From: a virus
Taxonomy: Duplodnaviria; Heunggongvirae; Uroviricota; Caudoviricetes
IMG/VR virus record: IMGVR_UViG_2778261154_000004
Reading direction: 5' to 3' (one strand)
DNA length: 5,457 nt
Shown: one piece after another, positions 1 to 5,162 of the stretch
Layout: each line of letters opens with the position of its first letter
Numbering within the stretch: the first letter of the stretch is position 1
Notes under the pieces: generated by a model
What the model was told of the DNA's origin: nothing
The model's database searches: none
What the model saw: only the letters and a program-made list of their open reading frames with translations
Program-made: the position numbers and the translations under genes

Positions 1-13
1 TTTTTCTGCTCAT
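1..13 (-). CDS. 5' end of a leftward gene that continues beyond the window (product unknown)
   Basis: Minus strand reads AAGGAG (complement of 20-25), a 6-nt spacer, then ATG (complement of 11-13) followed by AGC AGA AAA running off the left edge. Strong SD plus start, but only 4 codons are visible. Confidence 0.3.
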
Positions 14-142
14 TATTAGCTCCTTCTGATGCCATTCTATTTCAGGAAGGAGTGTCCGTTAAACTCAGGCTACCTCATACCTATATCGCTAGGTAAATTT
101 AGTGGTGATCATCCTGCCAGTAAAGCTGTTATTTCTACTGAC

Positions 143-316
143 ATGAAAACTGGTGAGGAGGTTTATTATGAAGCAGCTATGGATGCTGTCAGAGAAGGAT
201 TTGATAGTTCGTCAATTAGTCGTTGCTGTAATGGCGAAAGCTCATATCACAAAGGAAGATTCTGGCGATTTGCAAATGAAACAATGAAAGCGCGATGGGG
301 AGACAGGGCGGCATGA
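143..316 (+). CDS. NinD-like small protein (57 aa)
   Basis: ORF ends in an ATGA stop/start overlap with the NinE start at 313, the lambda nin-region coupling style. The 57-aa length from ATG 143 matches lambda NinD as I recall it. No SD precedes 143 and the frame stays open back to ATG 29, so the start is uncertain. Confidence 0.45.
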   Translation: MKTGEEVYYEAAMDAVREGFDSSSISRCCNGESSYHKGRFWRFANETMKARWGDRAA

Positions 317-489
317 GACGACAGCGACGAAGTATCACCGACATCATCTGCGAAAACTGCAAATACCTTCCAACGAAACGCTCCAGAAATAAACGCAAGC
401 CAATCCCAAAAGAATCTGACGTAAAAACCTTCAACTACACGGCTCACCTGTGGGATATCCGGTGGCTAAGACATCGTGCGAGGAAATGA
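313..489 (+). CDS. ninE: NinE family protein
   Basis: Translation [58 protein letters not shown] matches my recollection of lambda NinE almost residue for residue. Start 313 chosen over 295 because of the ATGA overlap with the upstream ORF. Confidence 0.85.
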   Translation: MRRQRRSITDIICENCKYLPTKRSRNKRKPIPKESDVKTFNYTAHLWDIRWLRHRARK

Positions 490-530
490 CTATTTATCCG
501 GTGCGCCGCCAGAATGACGGCGCGGTGTGG

Positions 531-839
531 TTAAACGAAGCGGATCTGGAGTTTTTTTCCAGTAGCGCGGGCGAATTTTTTTAGTGTGGCAAATGATGGG
601 CCGCTGATACCTGATGCGAGATTACTTTCCATTCTGGTGATCGCGGTCGCTTTTGTTCCCATTCGCTCGGCAACTTCAGCCTGAGTTAAGCCAGCTTCTT
701 TGCGTGCTGCCAGCATTTCATCAAGCAGTGCGAATTCGTCAGCGATAGCGTCGTATTCTGCTTTAAAAGCCGGGTCTTCCATCCATTTGGCTGCCATTTC
801 GTCGTGTGTCATGGTGGGGAGAGTGCGTTTACCAGTCAT
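531..839 (-). CDS. XRE-family HTH antitoxin (HigA-like)
   Basis: 102 aa with an HTH motif (GLTQAEVAERMGTKATAITRME) and C-terminal ATLKKFARATGKKLQIRFV. On the minus strand AAGGAGGT (complement of 846-853) lies 5 nt upstream of ATG 839-837. The start overlaps the upstream toxin stop by 11 nt. Confidence 0.8.
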   Translation of the reverse strand: MTGKRTLPTMTHDEMAAKWMEDPAFKAEYDAIADEFALLDEMLAARKEAGLTQAEVAERMGTKATAITRMESNLASGISGPSFATLKKFARATGKKLQIRFV

Positions 840-1158
840 GCTTAACCTCCTTCATTCTGGTTTCAGCTTTCTTGCGTTCGGCTGGCGGTGTTTTCTGCGT
901 TTTCTTTACAAAACTATGCAGCATGATGATGCGTTTCCCTGTCAGAGTGCAGTAAAAAACACGCGCGATCCCATCGTTGCCTTTAATTCTGAGTTCGAAA
1001 AGCCCGTCACCAAAGGCGCTGGTGTGAGGTTCTCCGAGATTGCTGCCATATATCTTCATACGTTCAACGAGATGTTGGTATCGGGCACGCATACTCAATG
1101 GAAGCCGATCGACTTCCAGCCTTACATCTTCACTGTAGTATTCGATAGTGTAGTTCAT
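829..1158 (-). CDS. RelE/ParE-superfamily toxin (HigB / phage Gp49-like, DUF891-type)
   Basis: 109 aa from MNYTIEYY; motif GDGLFELRIKGNDGIARVFYCTLTGKRIIMLHSFVKKTQKTPPAE is typical of the Gp49/HigB-2-type toxin fold. Toxin-first order with overlap into the HTH antitoxin. Start 1158 chosen; in-frame ATGs at 1170 and 1293 also exist. Confidence 0.75.
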   Translation of the reverse strand: MNYTIEYYSEDVRLEVDRLPLSMRARYQHLVERMKIYGSNLGEPHTSAFGDGLFELRIKGNDGIARVFYCTLTGKRIIMLHSFVKKTQKTPPAERKKAETRMKEVKHDW

Positions 1159-1203
1159 AGGTATCAACATAACAAAATCGTTATATGCATTCAAGGCCTG
1201 TAG

Positions 1204-1233
1204 TTGACGACAACACATATCCGGGGCTATATT
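1204..1233 (+). promoter_or_regulatory. Candidate sigma70 promoter (TTGACG - 18 nt - TATATT) facing rightward
   Basis: -35 TTGACG at 1204-1209, 18-nt spacer, -10 TATATT at 1228-1233. Predicted start near 1240, exactly where the first hairpin begins. Judged by eye only. Confidence 0.35.
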
Positions 1234-1239
1234 CCTCAT

Positions 1240-1316
1240 ACGCCAGCAAAATCTGGCGTCGGGATTGGCGTCCCGGATATCGAAACGGTGCATAACCGCG
1301 CTGGCGGTTTTTTTAT
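1240..1316 (+). ncRNA. Candidate small structured RNA or terminated leader (about 75 nt, three stem-loops)
   Basis: Hairpin 1 at 1240-1259 (ACGCCAG/CTGGCGT, perfect 7 bp, 6-nt loop); hairpin 2 at 1260-1275 (CGGGA/TCCCG); terminator hairpin 1294-1309 followed by a T-run. The CUGGCG motif recurs three times. No ORF with an RBS on this strand. Confidence 0.35.
1294..1316 (+). terminator. Rho-independent terminator (plus strand)
   Basis: AACCGC-GCTG-GCGGTT stem-loop (6 bp, 4-nt loop) followed by T7 (1308-1314). On the minus strand the hairpin is not followed by a U-tract, so it is unidirectional. Confidence 0.55.
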
Positions 1317-1476
1317 GCGCTAAGCACAGTCACATTCGCGATTTATGGTGGGCTGTGTGGGGGAGTTGAGAGACTCGCCGGATGTTTCGACCGGTTACGC
1401 CAACCCTGCACAGTTCACCACCCAGCGATTGGCGTCGCAGGTGGTGAGTTAAAAACCATCGAAACGCGAGGTCGTT

Positions 1477-2163
1477 ATGACTGTTCAGATTTCTGTCAAA
1501 AACCTTTCCCCTGTTACCTATAACCAGATTCCGGTAATCACAACTGAGTTGCTTGCCCGCCTTTATGGAACAGAAACAATCCGTATACAGCAGAATCACC
1601 ATGAAAATAAATCTCGGTTTATTGAGGGAAAGCACTTCTTTAAAGCTGTTGGTGATGAACTCAGAAATTTGCGACTAGTTTTAAACGAGTCGCAAAATGA
1701 GGTGAAAATCTCTCCCAAAACCCGCTCGCTCATCCTCTGGACAGAACGAGGCGCAGCCCGCCACGCAAAAATGCTCGAAACCGATCAGGCGTGGGAAGTG
1801 TTCGAAAAACTGGAAGACTGCTATTTCAGCCAGACTTCGAAAAGCGCAGGTCATCACGAGAAGAAAACCAGCGAGCTTTCTGCAAAAGATGCAAACAGTC
1901 TGGTATGGTTGTGGGATTATGCCAACCGCTCACAGGCATTATTCCGCGAACTGTATCCGGCATTAAAACAAATTCAATCGAACTATTCCGGCAGATGCTA
2001 CGACTACGGTCATGAGTTCTCGTATGTTATCGGAATGGCGAGAGACGTTTTAATCAATCACACACGAGATGTTGATATTAATGAGCCAGACGGACCAACG
2101 AATCTTTCTGCATGGGTAAGACTTAAGAACAAAGAATTACCTCCTTCACTACATCACTACTGA
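1477..2163 (+). CDS. ORF6N-domain phage protein (Roi / antirepressor-like), 228 aa
   Basis: RBS GCGAGG at 1466-1471, 5 nt before ATG 1477. N-terminal region ([48 protein letters not shown] ... [31 protein letters not shown]) fits the ORF6N pattern seen in lambdoid Roi/Ant-like proteins. C-terminal half unassigned. Confidence 0.7.
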   Translation: MTVQISVKNLSPVTYNQIPVITTELLARLYGTETIRIQQNHHENKSRFIEGKHFFKAVGDELRNLRLVLNESQNEVKISPKTRSLILWTERGAARHAKMLETDQAWEVFEKLEDCYFSQTSKSAGHHEKKTSELSAKDANSLVWLWDYANRSQALFRELYPALKQIQSNYSGRCYDYGHEFSYVIGMARDVLINHTRDVDINEPDGPTNLSAWVRLKNKELPPSLHHY

Positions 2164-2181
2164 CAGATTGCCAACGCAACG

Positions 2182-2204
2182 ACCCAGCTTCGGCTGGGTT
2201 TTTT
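2182..2204 (+). terminator. Rho-independent terminator (plus strand)
   Basis: ACCCAGC-TTCG-GCTGGGT: perfect 7-bp stem with a TTCG tetraloop (2182-2199), followed by a T-run to 2204. Lies 19 nt after the stop of the upstream gene. Confidence 0.7.
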
Positions 2205-2237
2205 ATTGCTGAATTTTCAATATGAGAGGACATGACA

Positions 2238-2960
2238 ATGAACGAGCTGATAAATAGCAACGCCATCAAAATGACCAGCATTGAAATCGCTGAGTTGGTG
2301 GGTAAGCGTCATGACAATGTGAAACGTACCATCGAAACGCTGGCTAAAAATGGTGTTATCCGGCTTCCTCAAATTGAGGATTGTGGAAGAATCAATGGGT
2401 TAGGCTTAAATCAAAGTTTTTGTGTGTATGTATTCGAAGGCGAACAAGGAAAGCGAGACAGTATTGTCGTTGTAGCCCAGTTGTCGCCGGAATTCACCGC
2501 TCGTCTTGTTGACCGTTGGCGAGAGCTTGAAGAAACTGCGGTTAATATCCCCAAAACGCTACCAGAAGCGTTGCGCCTTGCTGCTGATCTTGCTGAGCAG
2601 AAAATGCAACTGGAAAACCAGCTCGCAATTGCCGCACCTAAAGTTGAGTTTGCCGATCGCGTTGGCGAGGCCAGCGGAATTTTGATTGGAAACTTTGCAA
2701 AGGTTGTTGGTATTGGTCCAAACAAACTGTTTGCGTGGATGCGCGATCACAAAATCCTTATTGCTTCAGGTTCCCGGCGCAATGTGCCAATGCAGGAATA
2801 TATGGATCGTGGCTATTTCGCAGTGAAAGAAACAGCGGTCAACACAAATCACGGAATACAGATATCGTTCACCACAAAAATCACCGGGCGTGGTCAACAG
2901 TGGCTGACCAGAAAGCTGCTCGATAACGGAATGCTGAAAGTAACCGGGGAGGCTGCTTAA
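2238..2960 (+). CDS. Phage regulatory protein Rha N-domain with KilA-C/ANT C-domain (antirepressor-like)
   Basis: N-terminus MTSIEIAELVGKRHDNVKRTIETLAKNGVI is a classic Rha signature; the C-terminal half resembles antirepressor KilAC/ANT domains. SD AGAGGA at 2225-2230 gives 7-nt spacing to ATG 2238 (ATG 2232 is only 1 nt from the SD). Stop overlaps the next start (TAATG). Confidence 0.8.
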   Translation: MNELINSNAIKMTSIEIAELVGKRHDNVKRTIETLAKNGVIRLPQIEDCGRINGLGLNQSFCVYVFEGEQGKRDSIVVVAQLSPEFTARLVDRWRELEETAVNIPKTLPEALRLAADLAEQKMQLENQLAIAAPKVEFADRVGEASGILIGNFAKVVGIGPNKLFAWMRDHKILIASGSRRNVPMQEYMDRGYFAVKETAVNTNHGIQISFTTKITGRGQQWLTRKLLDNGMLKVTGEAA

Positions 2961-3250
2961 TGGCTAACCTACGCAAAGAAGCACGCGGCAGAGAATGCCA
3001 GGTACGTATTTACGGCGTATGCAATGGCAACCCTGAAACTACAGTTCTGGCACATTACCGGATGGCTGGAATTTGCGGAACGGGAATGAAGCCTGACGAC
3101 CTGATCGGCGCATGGGCTTGTAGCGCGTGTCACGATGAAATCGACCGACGCACCCATAATCTCGACAACAAAGACGCCAGGCTTTACCACCTCGAAGGCG
3201 TGATCAGGACGCAGGCGATACTGCTGAAGGAGGGGAAGATTAAGCCATGA
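2960..3250 (+). CDS. DUF1364 family Cys-rich protein (YbcO-like)
   Basis: 96 aa with conserved cysteines and an ACSACHDEIDRRTH motif; resembles my recollection of E. coli DLP12 YbcO, which also sits just upstream of rusA. SD GGGGAGG at 2946-2952. ATGA overlap with the rusA start. Confidence 0.75.
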   Translation: MANLRKEARGRECQVRIYGVCNGNPETTVLAHYRMAGICGTGMKPDDLIGAWACSACHDEIDRRTHNLDNKDARLYHLEGVIRTQAILLKEGKIKP

Positions 3251-3609
3251 ACGAATATCAGTTTGTGCTTCCATACCCGCCGTCGCTGAACACCTACTGG
3301 CGAAGACGGGGAAGCCGATACTACATCAGCGATAAAGGCCAGAAATACCGAAAAGACGTTCAGCAAATCATCCGCCAACTCAAGTTAGATATTTTCACCA
3401 AAGCACGACTCCGCATCAAAGTCATCGCAGACGTTCCAGACTCCCGCCGCCGCGACCTCGATAACATCCTGAAGGGGCTACTCGACTCTCTTATCCACGC
3501 CGGATTTGCGGAAGACGACGAGCAATTCGATGACATTCGCGTAATTCGTGGTGTGAAAGTACCAGGCGGAAGGCTTGGAATAAAAATCACCGAACTGGAG
3601 AACGTATGA
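3247..3609 (+). CDS. rusA: Crossover junction endodeoxyribonuclease RusA (Holliday junction resolvase)
   Basis: 120 aa; N-terminus and the RRRDLDN, AGF..DD and GGRL motifs match the RusA family (cf. E. coli RusA, 120 aa). SD GGAGG at 3229-3233; ATGA overlaps at both ends. Confidence 0.9.
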   Translation: MNEYQFVLPYPPSLNTYWRRRGSRYYISDKGQKYRKDVQQIIRQLKLDIFTKARLRIKVIADVPDSRRRDLDNILKGLLDSLIHAGFAEDDEQFDDIRVIRGVKVPGGRLGIKITELENV

Positions 3610-3794
3610 ACGCCACAATTCAAACGATACCAGAGCTTCTTATCCAGACACGAGGCAATCAGACCGAAGTGGCGAGGATGCTTTCCTGCGCAAGAGGAAC
3701 AGTGCTCAAGTACAACCGAGACAGCAAAGGCGAGCGTCACGTAATAGTTAACGGCGTCCTGATGGTCAAACAGGGCAAGAGGGGAAGACGATGA
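3606..3794 (+). CDS. ninH: NinH-like small HTH protein
   Basis: 62 aa; GNQTEVARMLSCARGTVLKY ... HVIVNGVLMV closely resembles lambda NinH as recalled. ATGA overlaps with rusA upstream and Q downstream. Confidence 0.75.
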   Translation: MNATIQTIPELLIQTRGNQTEVARMLSCARGTVLKYNRDSKGERHVIVNGVLMVKQGKRGRR

Positions 3795-4414
3795 GACTCG
3801 AAAGCGTAGCTAAATTTCATTCGCCAAAAAGCCCGATGATGAGCGACTCACCACGGGCTACGGCTTCTGACTCTCTTTCCGGTACTGATGTGATGGCTGC
3901 TATGGGGATGGCGCAATCACAAGCCGGATTCGGAATGGCTGCATTTTGCGGTAAGCATGAACTCAGCCAGAACGACAAACAAAAGGCTATCAACTATCTG
4001 ATGCAATTTGCACACAAGGTATCGGGGAAATACCGTGGTGTGGCAAAGCTCGAAGGAAACACTAAGGCAAAGGTACTGCAAGTGCTCGCAACATTCGCTT
4101 ATGCGGATTATTGTCGTAGTGCCGCGACGCCGGGCGCAAGATGCAGAGATTGCCACGGTACAGGCCGGGCAGTTGATATAGCAAAAACAGAGCAGTGGGG
4201 GAGAGTTGTTGAGAAAGAGTGCGGAAGATGTAAAGGCGTCGGTTATTCAAGGATGCCAGCAAGCGCAGCATATCGCGCTGTAACGATGCTAATCCCAAAC
4301 CTTACTCAACCCACCTGGTCACGCACTGTTAAGCCGCTGTATGACGCCCTGGTGGTGCAATGCCACAAAGAAGAGTCAATCGCAGACAACATTTTGAATG
4401 CGGTCACACGTTAG
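3791..4414 (+). CDS. Q: Late-gene antiterminator Q (lambda type)
   Basis: 207 aa beginning MRLESVAKFHSPKSPMMSDSPRATASDSL and including the CRDCHGTGR...CGRCKG zinc-binding region; essentially identical over its length to lambda Q as I recall it. SD AGAGGGGAAG precedes the start. Confidence 0.95.
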   Translation: MRLESVAKFHSPKSPMMSDSPRATASDSLSGTDVMAAMGMAQSQAGFGMAAFCGKHELSQNDKQKAINYLMQFAHKVSGKYRGVAKLEGNTKAKVLQVLATFAYADYCRSAATPGARCRDCHGTGRAVDIAKTEQWGRVVEKECGRCKGVGYSRMPASAAYRAVTMLIPNLTQPTWSRTVKPLYDALVVQCHKEESIADNILNAVTR

Positions 4415-4456
4415 CAGCATGATTGCCACGGATGGCAACATATTAACGGCATGATA

Positions 4457-4500
4457 TTGACTTTTTGAATAAAGTTGGGTAAATTTGACTCAAGAATGGC
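4457..4500 (+). promoter_or_regulatory. Late promoter pR' with the promoter-proximal part of the qut site
   Basis: -35 TTGACT (4457-4462), 17-nt spacer, -10 TAAATT (4480-4485), as in lambda pR'. Sequence from the Q stop to about +9 is near-identical to lambda, including a -10-like element in the initial transcribed region (AAGAAT here, AACGAT in lambda). Confidence 0.8.
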
Positions 4501-4628
4501 AGATTTATATCCGTTCACATTCTTTCGGTTTTTTACCCACCTCATCTTTAAGTTGTGACTGCTCCCCGCCCTGTCGGGCGAGGGTTTACGGCGTTTTTCG
4601 CTAAGCGCACTGACATGCGCATCATAAA

Positions 4629-4674
4629 CTCGGGAGCACATAGGAATAGAGCCTGCTTTCGGGATTTTTTATTT
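4629..4674 (+). terminator. tR'-like Rho-independent terminator
   Basis: CTCGGGAGCA (4629-4638) pairs with TGCTTTCGGG (4654-4663): 10 bp including 3 G-U wobbles, followed by A T6 A TTT. The 3' side AGAGCCTGC...TTTCGGGATTTTTTAT resembles the lambda tR' region. Confidence 0.45.
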
Positions 4675-4749
4675 GGGTCAGTCGTATAAAGGTCATTACG
4701 GAAGGCTGTTAACCTTCTTATCGTGGTTCGAGTCCACGCTGTCCCGCCA
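4675..4749 (+). tRNA. tRNA-Asn-like, anticodon GUU (possibly degenerate)
   Basis: Cloverleaf traced by hand: acceptor GGGTCAG/CTGTCCC (6 bp plus a T-T mismatch at 4:69), U8, D-arm with A14/G18G19/A21, perfect anticodon stem GAAGG/CCTTC with loop CTGTTAA, perfect T-arm CGTGG-TTCGAGT-CCACG, discriminator G, encoded CCA. Confidence 0.55.
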
Positions 4750-4754
4750 AACAT

Positions 4755-4830
4755 GCTGGTTTAGCTCCAATGGTAGAGCAGTCGCCTTGTAAGCGAATGG
4801 GTAGCGGTTCAAGTCCGTTAACCAGCACCA
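4755..4830 (+). tRNA. tRNA-Thr, anticodon UGU
   Basis: Perfect 7-bp acceptor stem GCTGGTT/AACCAGC, D-arm GCTC-CAATGGTA-GAGC, anticodon loop CTTGTAA (U33, UGU, A37), T-arm AGCGG-TTCAAGT-CCGTT, discriminator A, encoded CCA. Minor deviations: C at position 14 and a G-A closing pair in the anticodon stem. Confidence 0.75.
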
Positions 4831-4946
4831 TAACTGAGCCGTAGCCACTGGCTATCCTGAATTCATCAGTGACAGTTACGCTGCGGCCTTCTTTTTCCCT
4901 TCCCAATATAAGAACTACGCCATCCGTTATTTGCGGAGGTGAGGCT

Positions 4947-5162
4947 ATGAAATCCATGGACAAAATATCAACGGGCATTGCCTACGGCACCTCCGCAGGC
5001 AGTGCCGGCTACTGGTTTTTACAGTGGCTTGATCAGGTCAGTCCATCACAGTGGGCTGCGATTGGTGTGCTGGGAAGTCTGCTTCTGGGGCTTCTGACTT
5101 ATCTGACGAATCTGTATTTCAAAATAAGAGAAGATAAGCGTAAGGCTGCGAGAGGTGAATAA
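4947..5162 (+). CDS. S: Class II holin / pinholin (phage 21 S-type) with dual-start motif
   Basis: 71 aa starting [28 protein letters not shown] with two hydrophobic segments and C-terminal [13 protein letters not shown], matching the phage 21 pinholin as recalled. SD GGAGGTGAGG at 4935-4944. Met1 (4947) and Met4 (4956) give the antiholin/holin dual start. Upstream in-frame ATG 4869 lacks an SD. Confidence 0.9.
   Translation: MKSMDKISTGIAYGTSAGSAGYWFLQWLDQVSPSQWAAIGVLGSLLLGLLTYLTNLYFKIREDKRKAARGE

Noticed and set aside
29-142. Upstream extension of the NinD-like ORF from ATG 29 (95-aa version)
   Set aside because: No SD before 29 (the sequence there is the anti-SD of the leftward gene's RBS), and the 57-aa version fits the NinD length and the ATGA coupling pattern.
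102-146. Tiny hydrophobic ORF (GTG start; [14 protein letters not shown]) with AGGT 7 nt upstream, ending in the ATGA at the NinD-like start
   Set aside because: Only 14 codons, non-ATG start and no supporting context; more likely the remnant 3' end of a displaced upstream nin gene than a real peptide gene. Cannot be excluded.
216-447. Minus-strand ORFs 216-434 and 247-447 (72 and 66 aa)
   Set aside because: Antisense shadow ORFs inside the NinD-like/NinE genes; no RBS and no recognisable motifs.
700-1203. Plus-strand ORF of 167 aa
   Set aside because: Lies antisense across both toxin and antitoxin genes, is low-complexity and Ser/Ala-rich, and has no RBS; typical shadow ORF.
1159-1293. Longer toxin ORF starting at ATG 1293 (154 aa, N-terminal MHRFDIRDANPDARFCWRMRN...)
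   Set aside because: The extra 45 residues are Cys/Arg-rich with no recognisable domain, there is no SD, and the region is better explained by promoter, hairpins and terminator; the toxin domain begins at MNYTIEYY. An open 135-nt stretch by chance is plausible.
1330-1635. Minus-strand ORF of 101 aa
   Set aside because: Overlaps the start of the well-supported ORF6N gene and the intergenic regulatory region; no RBS or motifs.
1791-4298. Internal or antisense ORFs (1791-2015 +, 2411-2725 -, 2559-2750 -, 2735-2926 +, 2969-3274 -, 3184-3378 -, 3360-3740 -, 3917-4156 -, 4062-4298 -)
   Set aside because: All lie within or antisense to confidently assigned genes and lack ribosome-binding sites or recognisable domains.
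4496-4558. 20-codon plus-strand ORF (MADLYPFTFFRFFTHLIFKL) starting at +4 of the pR' transcript
   Set aside because: No SD and it lies in the late leader; likely fortuitous.
4869-4946. Longer holin ORF from ATG 4869 (97 aa)
   Set aside because: The strong SD sits at 4935-4944 serving ATG 4947, and the recognisable pinholin sequence begins at MKSM; the upstream region matches lambda-like non-coding S-upstream sequence.
4831-4946. Possible toxin cargo (for example stx-like genes) between the tRNAs and the holin, as in Stx phages
   Set aside because: Only about 115 bp lie here and they resemble the lambda S-upstream region; no ORF is present.
4411-4978. Three minus-strand ORFs (76, 68 and 86 aa) across the pR' / tRNA / holin-upstream region
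   Set aside because: They overlap the promoter, terminator and tRNA genes, which explain the sequence better; no RBS.
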